Shown: one piece after another, positions 54,010-63,902 of the stretch
Numbering within the stretch: position 1 is the stretch's first letter
How the letters are laid out: each line of letters begins with the position of its first letter
Source: an uncultured Gemmatimonadales bacterium
Lineage (GTDB): Bacteria > Gemmatimonadota > Gemmatimonadetes > Longimicrobiales > RSA9
Length of the DNA: 64,000 bases
Direction: 5' to 3'
NCBI GenBank assembly: GCA_963708135.1
Contig: OY970192.1
Span: 3,954,529-4,018,528 of the forward strand
Program-made: the position numbers and the translations under genes
Notes under the pieces: generated by a model
Seen by the model: only the letters and a program-made list of their open reading frames with translations
Databases searched by the model: none
What the model was told of the DNA's origin: nothing

Positions 54010-56784
54010 TCAGTCCGCCGTCAGCGTAACAGCCACCGGCTGCGTGATCAGCGCGTGACCGTTACTGTCCACGCCCACTGCGTACACCGTGATCGCCTGC
54101 GGCGCCAGCGAGGCCGGCGGAGCCCAGTTCGCGAACGTGTACGTCCACGTCCGGAAACCAGCGTCGACCACGCCAACCGTCCCCGGGCCGATCAGGATCA
54201 GCCGCGTCGGGTCTGCCGCGGTGGCATAGTAGAAGTTCACCGCCGCGAACGGATTGGCGAAGGTGGCCGTCGTGCCCGCCGCGCTCGCCTGCAGCGTGGT
54301 GGACGTCTTGCTGGCGGCATCGCAGCCGTTCGCGTCGGAGTCGTTGCAGACCGTCGTGTTCGAGGCGGTTGCCGCGAACGTGTTGAAATCGCTCGCCGGA
54401 GCGAACTGCGACACGGCCCCGACGTTGGTGCTGATGTCCTGCAACACCGTCGTCGAGTTGCCGGCGACATCCGTCGTCGTCGTGATCGCGTTCGTCGCCA
54501 GGAACTTGATGACGGTGTCCGGCTGGTTCGAGCCGTTCACCTGCGACAGGCTGACCAGGAAGTTGTTCACCGGAACCGAGGCGTTCACGCTCGTCGTGAA
54601 CACATCGTAGCCAAACGACCCGAGAGTCGTCAACGGGAAGCCAAGCACGAACCCGGCCGTGGCCGTGTCACCGTACTCGATCGCCGGCGTCGACTTGGCG
54701 AGATCGATGTTGTCGTTCACCGACTGCGTGAACGTCACCGTGCTGCCGCCGGAGATGGTCGACGGAGAAACGATGCCACCGGCCGTCGGCGCTTCATTGT
54801 CGATCAGAACGGTCCGCTGGGCCACCGTGTCACTCTGGTTGCCCGCGGCGTCCTCGACGAACGCGCTGAACGTGAAGTACCCCTCGTTCCCCGTCGCGTT
54901 GTCCACCAGCTGCGAGAAGGTCGGCGGACTCGACGCCACGCCCTTGAAGGCGCAGTCCGTACCGCCCACCACACACGTGGTGGAGCTGGGCAGGTACTGA
55001 TACATGTGCTCGTGAACCGGTGTCCCGTCGAACCCGCTGGGCCCGGCCGGCGGCACCGCGGTGTCACTGAACTGCACGATGTAGGACGTGCCCGGAGACG
55101 TGGTCATGTACGTCGTCTTGTCCTTCACGCTGCCGCTCGTGTACGAGATCGTCGGCAGCGTCTTGTTGACGCCGAACGTCGCGATGACCGTGGCGCACGA
55201 CGGAACGGTCGTGGCCGAGCTCGATACGCAGGTCGCCACGTCGGTGCCGAACACCGTGCGGGCGTTGCCGAGCGCGTCGGTCGTCGTGACCTGGAGCAGG
55301 TAGTCGTGATTCGTGGCCGTCTCCGCCAGGTCGGCGCCCGTCGTGACCGCCGTCAGGCTGGACGCATCCGCGCCCGCCGCGAACGTCTCCGTCTGGCTGT
55401 CGACGCCGTAATCCACCGTCGTCACGTTGTCGGCGAAGCTGTAGTCGGCATTGACGTAGCCGTTCGTGTTACTGACCGTGAGGCTCACCACGCGCGGCGC
55501 CAGATTGTCCACACGCACCTGGCCGGCCGCGAGGCCGTTGCCGCACCCGGCGTTCTGCGGATTCGTCGTCGGGTCGGGGTTGATGCAGACCGGCCCGGCC
55601 TGGCCGCCGGCCGTCACGCTGTTGACCACCACGCTGGCGAGGACGTCCTCCATCCCCTTGACGCCAGGCGCGCCCGCCTTGTCGATCGCGTTCGCGGCCG
55701 GGAATGTCACCGACAGGCCGTCGGACGCATCCGCATCCGTCCGCGTCGCGCTCTTCGCCGCGCAGCTCGGGGTGGTCGCGCCACCGGCGCCGCCGTCTGC
55801 CGCGGCCACCGTGGGATCGGCCGCCACATTACTGGTCGGCTGGCAACCCGTGGCACCCGTTACGCCCGTGGCCGCCGTCGTGAGCGACACCGAGATGCTG
55901 GCCGGGGCGTTGGCGCTGCCGCTGTAGATCACCGGCATGGCCGCGAAGGTCAGGTCGCCCGCGCCCCACAGCGAGCCGGCCGGCGCAAGCGCGCCCGTGC
56001 CGCTCGTCGCCGTTCCGTTCGAGAACGTCGGCTTGACCTTGATGAAGTCCGTGTTGTTGAAGATCAGCGTCTGGCTGACCGACGCCTGCGTGTTGCCGTT
56101 CGGCCCGATCAGCTGCGCCGACAGCGTGTGCGGCCCGTTCAGATACGTCACCGTCCCCGTCGTCGTGTCGTACGCCTGCGTCGGGATCGGGCAGGTGATC
56201 GTCAGCACGTCCTGCGAGGCCTCCGCCGACGTGCTCGACGAGAACGCCTGCGAGCACACCTGCGTGCCGTCCAGCAGCACCTGAGCGCTGCTCACCGTCA
56301 CGCCCTGCGGAATGCTGACGTTGAGGGCCACGTTGATCTGATCCTTGGTGTTCGTCACGTCCACCGGCTGACCGGCCAGGTTCGTGATCGAGCTGATCGT
56401 GATCGTCGGCGTGCCCTCGCCGCCCGTGCCCGTCACCGTCACGCTGCCCGCCGCCTTCGCGTTCGGGTCGGCCGTCGACGTCGCGATGATCGACGCCTGC
56501 CCGGATGCGACCGCGGTCACGTTGCCGTTCGCGTCCACCGTGGCGACGCTCGAATTCGACGACGACCACGTCACCGTCCGCGCCGTGGTCTGGTCGCCGC
56601 CCGTCACCGTCGCGACGAACGAGCCGGTGCCACCGACCGGCAGCGTCAGCGCGGCAGGCGTCACCGTCACCTGGATCGACTCCGGCGGTATCACCAGATT
56701 CGACTTGCTCTCGCACGCGGCGAGCGCAATGGCCGACAGTGCGGCGATCGCCAGCCCCTTCATTACGTACGTTCGAGAACTCAT
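54010..56784 (-). CDS. Large surface/secreted lipoprotein with bacterial Ig-like (Big_2) domain
   Basis: 924 aa from the ATG at 56784 after GGAGGAGGG. Signal and lipobox: MKGLAIAALSAIALAAC. Big_2-like module: VTVTPAALTLPVGGTGSFVATVTGGD...VTWSSSNSSVATVDANGNVTAVASGQASIIATS. The rest is Thr/Ser/Val/Ala/Gly/Asn-rich beta-type sequence. Confidence 0.8.
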   Translation of the reverse strand: MSSRTYVMKGLAIAALSAIALAACESKSNLVIPPESIQVTVTPAALTLPVGGTGSFVATVTGGDQTTARTVTWSSSNSSVATVDANGNVTAVASGQASIIATSTADPNAKAAGSVTVTGTGGEGTPTITISSITNLAGQPVDVTNTKDQINVALNVSIPQGVTVSSAQVLLDGTQVCSQAFSSSTSAEASQDVLTITCPIPTQAYDTTTGTVTYLNGPHTLSAQLIGPNGNTQASVSQTLIFNNTDFIKVKPTFSNGTATSGTGALAPAGSLWGAGDLTFAAMPVIYSGSANAPASISVSLTTAATGVTGATGCQPTSNVAADPTVAAADGGAGGATTPSCAAKSATRTDADASDGLSVTFPAANAIDKAGAPGVKGMEDVLASVVVNSVTAGGQAGPVCINPDPTTNPQNAGCGNGLAAGQVRVDNLAPRVVSLTVSNTNGYVNADYSFADNVTTVDYGVDSQTETFAAGADASSLTAVTTGADLAETATNHDYLLQVTTTDALGNARTVFGTDVATCVSSSATTVPSCATVIATFGVNKTLPTISYTSGSVKDKTTYMTTSPGTSYIVQFSDTAVPPAGPSGFDGTPVHEHMYQYLPSSTTCVVGGTDCAFKGVASSPPTFSQLVDNATGNEGYFTFSAFVEDAAGNQSDTVAQRTVLIDNEAPTAGGIVSPSTISGGSTVTFTQSVNDNIDLAKSTPAIEYGDTATAGFVLGFPLTTLGSFGYDVFTTSVNASVPVNNFLVSLSQVNGSNQPDTVIKFLATNAITTTTDVAGNSTTVLQDISTNVGAVSQFAPASDFNTFAATASNTTVCNDSDANGCDAASKTSTTLQASAAGTTATFANPFAAVNFYYATAADPTRLILIGPGTVGVVDAGFRTWTYTFANWAPPASLAPQAITVYAVGVDSNGHALITQPVAVTLTAD

Positions 56785-57340
56785 TTCCCTCCTCCGTATC
56801 GGAGCGAGTGTCATTTGACTTCGTCCTGCGTTAGTACTGCCGTGCTGCAATCCTGCGGTCCTGCAGTGCTGCGTAATGCGCCTTCGTCTCAGACGCACCG
56901 GACTGAGAGCATCGCACCTCCTTGCATGCCGGTCCATCGACGGAACAAGGGGGCAACGGTCCCCCGCTCGGGCGGACCGCAAACCCCGGATCGCATCTAC
57001 ATTTCCGTTGCTCCCGCCATAACCTGTTCCCCGTGGAAGTCCTTCCCGGGAACCGGGCGGCCGACAACGTACCGCCGCGTCGCGGGTCCCGTCAAGGATA
57101 CATGCGCTTGGGAACGACTTCGCCGGGGGAACGGCGGTTCGTGCCGGGGGAAAGCCGGCACTGCGGGAGCTAAAGTAACACTTGAGGTGCGCACGTCAAG
57201 CCTCTTGTTTTCGGAACGGTCTCGCACCATGCCCATGGCTCCCCTATTTTCGCCGCCGAGCACCCGGCTCCGGCCGCACCACCGCCGCTGCGGCCGCGGC
57301 CGCCAGTAGCGTCCCTGCACCCCCGGACCTGGAGGCGAAG

Positions 57341-59401
57341 TTGCCTTTTCCCCGCTCGATTCCGAACGCGCTCCTCCTCGGCCTGCTTCCCCTCGCCTGC
57401 GCCCACTCCGGACGCGTCCCGGCCAAGCCCCCACCTGCAGTGTCGCCCGCCGTTTCTCCATCCTCACCCTCACCCTCAACTGCCTTCGAAGTCTTCACGA
57501 CACCGAAGCCCTTCGAGCGCCCACGCCCCTATCCGGTGTTCGAGACGCCCGGTTTCCGGCGCGCCGTCGAGCACGGCACGCGCACGCGGACAGGGCGGCC
57601 CGGGCCTCGCTACTGGACGCAGCGGGCGGAATATCGGCTGGAGGCGACATTCGACCCTTCGCACGCGCGCGTGACGGGCGCGGGCACCGTGCGCTACCAC
57701 AACCGCTCGCCCGACACGCTCCGTGTGGTGGCCGTCGAGCTCTATCAGAACGCGAACGCGCCGGGAGCCATGCGGGTCCGCTTTCAGCCGGTCACCGGCG
57801 GCATCCACCTGACGCGCGTATCCGCCGGCGGTCGGGTCCTGCGGGAAGCGCCGCGTGGCGCCGGACCGGGCTACCAGGTGGTGGGCACGATCGCGTGGGT
57901 CACGCTGCCGCAGCCCGTCGTCCCCGGCGGCACGGCCGAGCTGGCGTTCGACTGGAGCTTCGTCATCCCGCCGAAGGAGAATTCGCGGATGGGGCAGGAT
58001 GGCGTGGTCTACTTCGTGGGCTACTGGTATCCGCAGATCGCGGTCTACGACGACGTGAACGGCTGGCAGGCCGACCAGTTCATGACCAACGCCGAGTTCT
58101 ACATGGACTACGCGGACTACGACGTCACCCTGCACGTCCCGCAGGGCTGGCTCGTCTCCGCCACCGGCGTGCTGCAGGATCCGGCGGCGGTGCTCGCGCC
58201 GCGCACCCGTGCCCGCCTGGCGGCGGCCCGCGTGGGCGCCGTGACCGCGGTGGTGGCCGCGGACGATCGCGCGCCGGGGCGCTCGACGGCCACGTCGCCC
58301 GACGGGATCCTGAGCTGGCACTTCGCGGCGACGAACGTGCGCGACTTCGCCTGGGCCAGCTCGGACCGCTACCTCTGGGACGCCACCCGTGTGGTGGTCG
58401 GCGATGCGGACGGCGACGCGCGTCCCGATACCACGGTGATCAACGCCTTCTACCGCCCCAAGGGTCCACCGTACACGGACTGGGCGCGCTACGCGGCCGC
58501 GTCCATCGACTTCCTGTCGCGCTATCTCTGGCCCTACCCGTGGCCCCACATGGATGTGGTGGACGGCACCGTGGGCGGGATGGAGTACCCGATGCTCGTC
58601 AACATCACGGGTGCCCGCGACAGCGTCTCGCTCTACGGCGTGACGCTCCACGAGATCGGCCACATGTGGTTCCCGATGATGGTCGGCAGCGACGAGAAGC
58701 GGCACTCCTGGCAGGACGAGGGCGTGAACACGTACGTGGACCAGCAGGGCGAGAAGGAGTTCTTCCACGGCCACGTCGATGCGGAAGGGCAGGCGCGCCG
58801 GGCCTACACCGACTTCGCCCGCCGCGGCAGCGGCGGCGAGTGGATCGGCGGCGAGGTCGAGCTCATGCGCCACGGCGACCTCTACCCGCCGCTCTCCCGT
58901 GCCTTCTCCATGGCGAGCTACACCAAGATGTCCGTGATCCTCCAGATGCTGCGCGGCCTCCTGGGCGATGACCTCGTGCACCGGGCGTTGCGCGAATACG
59001 GCCAGCGCTGGCTGTACAGGCACCCGGACGCCTACGACTTCTTCAACACTTTCAATGACGTCTCGGGGCGGGACCTCGGCTGGTTCTGGCGCACCTGGTT
59101 CTTCGAGACCTGGTCGCTCGACCAGGCGGTGGCCGGTGTCTCGGCCGTGGGCGACTCCGCCACCATCGCGATCGAGGACCGCGGCCTCGCCCCCATGCCC
59201 GTCGAGCTCGCCGTGACCCGCGCGGACGGCTCGGTCCAGCGGCTCGAGCTGCCGGTCAACGTCTGGCTCGCCGGCACTCGCCACGCCTCGGTCCGCCTCC
59301 TGGCCCGCCCGGAGATCGTGCGGGTGGAGATCGACCCCGATTCGCTCTTCGCCGACATCGACCGCACGAACCAGGTCTGGACCGCACCGGGCGGCGCTTG
59401 A
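57341..59401 (+). CDS. M1 family metallopeptidase
   Basis: Zinc motif: LHEIGHMWFPMMVGSDEKRHSWQDEGVNTY. Also GGMEYPML. The start is uncertain. I chose the TTG at 57341, 5 nt after GGAGG, which gives a signal-like N-terminus PFPRSIPNALLLGLLPLACA. The track ORF starts at 57182. Confidence 0.8.
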   Translation: MPFPRSIPNALLLGLLPLACAHSGRVPAKPPPAVSPAVSPSSPSPSTAFEVFTTPKPFERPRPYPVFETPGFRRAVEHGTRTRTGRPGPRYWTQRAEYRLEATFDPSHARVTGAGTVRYHNRSPDTLRVVAVELYQNANAPGAMRVRFQPVTGGIHLTRVSAGGRVLREAPRGAGPGYQVVGTIAWVTLPQPVVPGGTAELAFDWSFVIPPKENSRMGQDGVVYFVGYWYPQIAVYDDVNGWQADQFMTNAEFYMDYADYDVTLHVPQGWLVSATGVLQDPAAVLAPRTRARLAAARVGAVTAVVAADDRAPGRSTATSPDGILSWHFAATNVRDFAWASSDRYLWDATRVVVGDADGDARPDTTVINAFYRPKGPPYTDWARYAAASIDFLSRYLWPYPWPHMDVVDGTVGGMEYPMLVNITGARDSVSLYGVTLHEIGHMWFPMMVGSDEKRHSWQDEGVNTYVDQQGEKEFFHGHVDAEGQARRAYTDFARRGSGGEWIGGEVELMRHGDLYPPLSRAFSMASYTKMSVILQMLRGLLGDDLVHRALREYGQRWLYRHPDAYDFFNTFNDVSGRDLGWFWRTWFFETWSLDQAVAGVSAVGDSATIAIEDRGLAPMPVELAVTRADGSVQRLELPVNVWLAGTRHASVRLLARPEIVRVEIDPDSLFADIDRTNQVWTAPGGA

Positions 59402-59440
59402 CGTCGGCCCGCCCGGGACTGGCCAGGAGGATCGCCGGCG

Positions 59441-60115
59441 TCAGTGCAGCACATCGACGACCAGGCGGGCCGGGGACCGCAGCGTGAGAACGCGGTAGCG
59501 GCTCGGTCGCGCCAAGCCGAGCACCCAGCTCACGTCGGCCTCGAAGTCGCAAGTCAGCACGAGAGCCTCGAGGTTGGGCAGCCCCGGGCTCTGCCGTCGG
59601 GCCTGGATCGTCGGACGGCCTGCATCGTCGTGCGCCTGCGCCGGGGCGAGCCGCACCTCGAGCCACGCATCGCCCGCAAGCGGAACCGGCTCGCCCGAGC
59701 CGCACGCGCGCACCGGACGGTCAACGTACTCAATGTGGTAGCCCGGCACGCGCTCGGCGAAGCGGAAGACCACCCGGTCGTAGCCTTCGTGGCGCCCCGT
59801 CTCGACCGCCTCGAGCAGCACCGGCATCCCGCTGCCACTTCGCTCCGACACGCCCGCCGTCCCCGAGAACGGCGGCGCGGCGGATTGACCTGCTCGGTTC
59901 GTGTCCGTCGCGGCACCGGCTGCCGCTGTATCCGTGCGCGCGGTATCCGTGCGCCTGGGAGCCGGCGCGACGGTATCGGCGGGATCGACGGGCGCGCCAC
60001 GGTCGGCACGTCCCCCGCACGCCGCTGCCACGATCACGCTGACGGCAGCCAGGGCAACCTGCCGGGCGCCGGCCTGGAGGGACGACGGGTGGAGCGGGGC
60101 AGCACGGTGGGGCAC
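59441..60115 (-). CDS. Hypothetical lipoprotein
   Basis: A GTG at 60115 after GGAG is the proposed start. Lipobox: VSVIVAAAC. The C-terminal domain reads LLEAVETGRHEGYDRVVFRFAERVPGYHIEYVDRPVRACGSGEPVPLAGDAWLEVRL. The start is uncertain. Confidence 0.5.
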   Translation of the reverse strand: MPHRAAPLHPSSLQAGARQVALAAVSVIVAAACGGRADRGAPVDPADTVAPAPRRTDTARTDTAAAGAATDTNRAGQSAAPPFSGTAGVSERSGSGMPVLLEAVETGRHEGYDRVVFRFAERVPGYHIEYVDRPVRACGSGEPVPLAGDAWLEVRLAPAQAHDDAGRPTIQARRQSPGLPNLEALVLTCDFEADVSWVLGLARPSRYRVLTLRSPARLVVDVLH

Positions 60116-60179
60116 GGGAGCTCCGGAGCTCGGGAGAAACGGGGCGGAATCGCGCGGGTAGGCGCGGCGGATGCGTCGC

Positions 60180-60788
60180 CTACTCGAGCAGCCGCATCTG
60201 CGCCCGCGTGACCGCGGGCACGACGTGGCAGGCGCGGCAGCGCGCCTCGTAACTCTCGAGGCCGCCCACCTGGATTGTGGGGCCCTCGGCCGGTGCCGGC
60301 TTGCCATCCACCAGCCGCTGGTTGCGGGTGGCCGGGCTGCCGCACACCACGCAGATCGCCGTCAGCTTGTCCACCTGCTCCGCGATCGCCAGCAGCTCCG
60401 CCATTGGCCCGAAGGGATCGCCCCGGAAGTCCATGTCCGTGCCCGCGACCACCACCCGCACGCCGCGATTGGCGAGCGTGTTGACCACGCGCACGATTCC
60501 AGCATCGAGGAACTGCGCCTCATCGATCGCGATCACCTCCGCCCGCGGGTCCAGGTGCTCCGTCACCTCCATCGAGGATTGCACCGGGATCGCCTCGATC
60601 CTGCCGCCGTCGTGCGAGCTCACCACCTGGAGTCCGCCGTACCGGTCGTCCAGCTGCGACTTGAAGACCTGCACCTTCTTGCGCGCGATCGTCGCGCGTC
60701 GGACCCGCCGGATCAGCTCCTCGGACTTGCCGCTGAACATGACCCCGCTGATCACCTCGATCCAGCCGTGTCGGGGGGAGTAGTCCAT
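60180..60788 (-). CDS. tdk: Thymidine kinase
   Basis: 202 aa. P-loop: [14 protein letters not shown]. Also IAIDEAQF, and the zinc-finger cysteines CVVCG...CRAC. Confidence 0.9.
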   Translation of the reverse strand: MDYSPRHGWIEVISGVMFSGKSEELIRRVRRATIARKKVQVFKSQLDDRYGGLQVVSSHDGGRIEAIPVQSSMEVTEHLDPRAEVIAIDEAQFLDAGIVRVVNTLANRGVRVVVAGTDMDFRGDPFGPMAELLAIAEQVDKLTAICVVCGSPATRNQRLVDGKPAPAEGPTIQVGGLESYEARCRACHVVPAVTRAQMRLLE

Positions 60789-61056
60789 GGCGACGAGTTT
60801 ACCCCCGACCCGTTCGCCTTGTCCAGATCGCCCGATCCCCCGCCCGCCACAGGCCAGCGCTCCCCCGCCGATTCAGGCGCAAATGCACGGCTCCACTTGA
60901 CATACGCTGCCGGTAAAGGCAAACTACTTCTTACCCCTCTGGCACATCCATATCGGGAGTGGGCGCGTGCGGTCGCGCCTGGCCGCATGGACCACCACCT
61001 GCGTCGCCGCGGACGCAATCGCGGCTTCGCGCCGCCCAAGAAGGGGACCAGGAGAG

Positions 61057-61971
61057 ATGAGCCAATCACGGGAACAGCCCACCGATCCGGGCGAAACCCG
61101 CGCGGCGCGCGCGGAGGCACTTCTGCGCTCTCTCACCGGCATCCTCGATGCCCGCGTCGAGACCGACGCCGGCGGCGGGATCCGGCGCATCGCCCTCCTG
61201 GCGCAGCACGGCCTGGCCGCTCGCGACGCCGTGCGCAACGCGCAGTCCGCGCTCCTCGCCTCGCTCGGCCTCGCCATCGACTCCGATCGCGTCGCCATCG
61301 ACTTCGGTGAGCCCGCCACTTCCCCGCCCTGGCGCGCCCACGCCGCGCACGTGCCCGCGCCCCGAGATCCGGCAGCCGCCGCAGGCTTCGTCACGTCAGT
61401 GCCGACCGGCCGCAACGGTAGCGCGGCGCCGCCGCAGAACGGGAAGGCTCACGCCCACGGCAACGGCGGCGCGCCGACACCAGAAACCACCCTGGGCAGC
61501 CGCGGCCGGGGCGCCTCCGTCGGCGCACCCCGCGCGCCCGGCCCAACGCATCGGACGGCGGAGCTCGCCGAGAGCGTCGATGCGGCGGAGACCGAAGTCG
61601 CGCCGGCCCATACCCGGCCCGCGCCCGGGCTCGTCCGTGTCGACATCGAGCCCGCCCCCCCGGACCGCGTGCGCGTCCGCGTCGTCCTCGCCTTCGAGGA
61701 CCGCATCAACGTCGGTGAGGCCGATGGCATCGACACGCCCACGGCCCGCCTCGAGCTCGCCGCCCGCGCCCTGCTGCGCGCCGTCCCCGCGCGCCACGAC
61801 CGCGACCTCGACGGCGTCCGTACCCTCGACATCGCCGGCCGCACCTACATCGTCGTCGCCGTCCGCTCGATCCGCGGCCGCACCGTTCAATACCACGCCG
61901 ACGCCATTGCCGCCGACGGCCCGCTCGAGCACGCCGCGGCCCTGGCAACCCTCGGCGCCGTAATCCGATAG
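61057..61971 (+). CDS. Hypothetical protein (304 aa)
   Basis: The ATG at 61057 follows AGGAGAG. Structured-looking N- and C-terminal segments are separated by a Pro/Ala/Gly-rich linker. I recognise no family. Confidence 0.45.
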   Translation: MSQSREQPTDPGETRAARAEALLRSLTGILDARVETDAGGGIRRIALLAQHGLAARDAVRNAQSALLASLGLAIDSDRVAIDFGEPATSPPWRAHAAHVPAPRDPAAAAGFVTSVPTGRNGSAAPPQNGKAHAHGNGGAPTPETTLGSRGRGASVGAPRAPGPTHRTAELAESVDAAETEVAPAHTRPAPGLVRVDIEPAPPDRVRVRVVLAFEDRINVGEADGIDTPTARLELAARALLRAVPARHDRDLDGVRTLDIAGRTYIVVAVRSIRGRTVQYHADAIAADGPLEHAAALATLGAVIR

Positions 61972-62221
61972 CACGTCCCGATACACCAACAAGGACCTGC
62001 AACCCGAACAAGGAGCCCCCGTCCCGCACAGCGGAGCCCAGCATAGCGAAGTAGCGGAGTGACCGCGACCTATGTCCTAGCCGAGGTCGACGTGATCTCC
62101 GAAGGGAGGTGAGCTGGGTGTTCCTTCAGGCGCTATTTGAGCTCATCGGCGCACTAGTTGCGCTTCTTGGCGGCGGTATCACCATCGCAAACTAGCGTCG
62201 GGCGGGGGCTCCTCCTTCTGT

Positions 62222-63544
62222 ATGAACCGAAAAGGTCAATTCTTCTTCTGGGCGGTTTTGGTGGCAGCAGCAGCTTTGCTGCTGCCCCTGCCGTGGCGTG
62301 CGTTTTGGCTCTCGACTCCGCGCGAGATCCTCGGTCTCGCCACATTTGTAGGGCTTGCTGTGCTGTCGGAAGCCATGGCCATCGGCTTCACGTTCGGTGC
62401 GTCAAAGTCCAACGCATCCATTTCGTTCGTTCCGTTGCTGGCAGCGGTCGTGGTATTCCCGCCAGTGTTTTCGGTATCGGCTGCGGCCGTTACGGTATTT
62501 GTGGCAGAGGCCTTCTTGCGGCGCCGCCCTGCGTGGCTAACAGCATTCAACACCGGCCAGTACATATTAGGGTATGGAACCGCGGCGCTCATCTACTCTT
62601 GGCTTGCGCCCGGAGGCGGCGGAGACATCAGTCTGATAGCGTTCTTACCCGCCGCGCTGGCGTTTTTCTCGGCCAACCTTTTTATTGTTTCGGGATTTGT
62701 CTCCGTTCGGCGCGGTGAGAGTCTCATTGAAACCGCCCGCCAATTCGCAGGGCCGTCCGGCGCGAATCTGTTTTATGACTTTCTTGCCACACCAACAGCG
62801 CTTTTTGCGGCCTATTTGTACACCAAGTTCTATGTGGCCGGATTATTCCTGTTCATCTTGCCATTTCTGTTAATCCGCTATTCGTTTATCTCGAAGATTC
62901 GACTGGAACAGGCCAACCGGGACCTAATTCGGGTCCTGATTAAGGCCATCGAGACCAGGGACCCCTATACATCTGGGCATTCGGTTCGGGTTTCGACGTT
63001 GGCGAAGATGATAGCGGAGGACCTTCATCTCTCGAAACGAAGGATTTACGATATCGAGACAGCGGCGCTACTACACGACATCGGTAAAATTGAGGCGCTC
63101 TACGCGGACGTGATAAGTAAGCCGTATTCGCTATCTGATACTGAACGGGCATTAATCCGGACCCATGCGACCAAGGGCGCTGACCTGCTGCACGGCCTCA
63201 GCGCCTTTGGCCCTGAGATCATCAAGGCGGTCCGTCATCATCACGAGCGATTTGACGGACAGGGTTACCCCGACGGCATCTCGGGCGCCGCGATACCGCT
63301 TGCCGCAAGAATTATCATGTTATGCGATTCCATAGACGCAATGCTGTCGGATCGCCCCTACCGATCCGCTCTAACCGTTAACGCTACTTACAACGAGATA
63401 GTGCGATGTTCTGGCACTCAGTTTGACCCCGACATAGTCGAGGTGATCTTACGCAGAGATACGCTCAGGCGTGCGGCAGGCTTGGCTGAGGCGGAACCAA
63501 CTAGACAGGCGTCCCTTACGGCAGCCGCCGCTGAGCCAGTCTAG
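62222..63544 (+). CDS. Membrane-anchored HD-GYP domain protein (putative cyclic-di-GMP phosphodiesterase)
   Basis: 440 aa. The N-terminal ~230 aa are multi-TM. HD-GYP motifs: DPYTSGHSVRVS, LLHDIGK and HHHERFDGQGYPDG. Composition is about 50% G+C with many A/T-ending codons, unlike the rest of the window. Confidence 0.85.
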   Translation: MNRKGQFFFWAVLVAAAALLLPLPWRAFWLSTPREILGLATFVGLAVLSEAMAIGFTFGASKSNASISFVPLLAAVVVFPPVFSVSAAAVTVFVAEAFLRRRPAWLTAFNTGQYILGYGTAALIYSWLAPGGGGDISLIAFLPAALAFFSANLFIVSGFVSVRRGESLIETARQFAGPSGANLFYDFLATPTALFAAYLYTKFYVAGLFLFILPFLLIRYSFISKIRLEQANRDLIRVLIKAIETRDPYTSGHSVRVSTLAKMIAEDLHLSKRRIYDIETAALLHDIGKIEALYADVISKPYSLSDTERALIRTHATKGADLLHGLSAFGPEIIKAVRHHHERFDGQGYPDGISGAAIPLAARIIMLCDSIDAMLSDRPYRSALTVNATYNEIVRCSGTQFDPDIVEVILRRDTLRRAAGLAEAEPTRQASLTAAAAEPV

Positions 63545-63593
63545 AGGCGGCGACAGCGAGCTCTACATCTGGGAGGATAGCGGAAATTGCGGA

Positions 63594-63902
63594 ATGGACA
63601 TCAGCGACTTTGAAGCATACGCCGCCCTTAAGGGCGACGAAACCCTCCGCGTGCGGCCTGATCGCACCGCCTTGCTTGTTGTCGACATGCAGCGGTATTT
63701 CGTGGAACCTGAGTTCCCGTTCGGCCAAGTCTTAGCCAAGTTTCAGCCTGACGCAGCGGCTGCGTATTTCGACCGTGTCAAAACTACCGTAGTTCCAAAT
63801 GTCCAGGAATTGCTCAAGCCCATCTTGAACAGTTTGGAAGGGGTACGCGTCCGAAAGCCGTTGTGCCGCAACAATCCGACCGCCGCCGCCGCCGATCTGT
63901 AG
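63594..63902 (+). CDS. Isochorismatase-family (cysteine hydrolase) N-terminal fragment or short homolog
   Basis: 102 aa. RPDRTALLVVDMQRYFVEPE is the typical N-terminal strand and motif. The ORF stops after a GCC-repeat, far short of the usual ~180-200 aa. It may be truncated or frameshifted. Confidence 0.4.
   Translation: MDISDFEAYAALKGDETLRVRPDRTALLVVDMQRYFVEPEFPFGQVLAKFQPDAAAAYFDRVKTTVVPNVQELLKPILNSLEGVRVRKPLCRNNPTAAAADL

Noticed and set aside
56785-57340. Short ORFs (56831-57067 minus, 56922-57173 plus) and a GTGCGCAC-centred hairpin with a T-rich tail (~57181-57215) in the long spacer upstream of the Big_2 gene.
   Set aside because: The ORFs have no RBS and junk-like composition. The hairpin is imperfect, and I found no convincing promoter to define a transcript. 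The region is mentioned only as an unusually long regulatory spacer.
61972-62221. A tRNA gene, att site or integrase at the GC-content breakpoint.
   Set aside because: I could find no cloverleaf-compatible sequence (no GTTCGAATC-type T-loop), no integrase-like ORF and no flanking direct repeat within the window. The boundary is reported only as a compositional observation.
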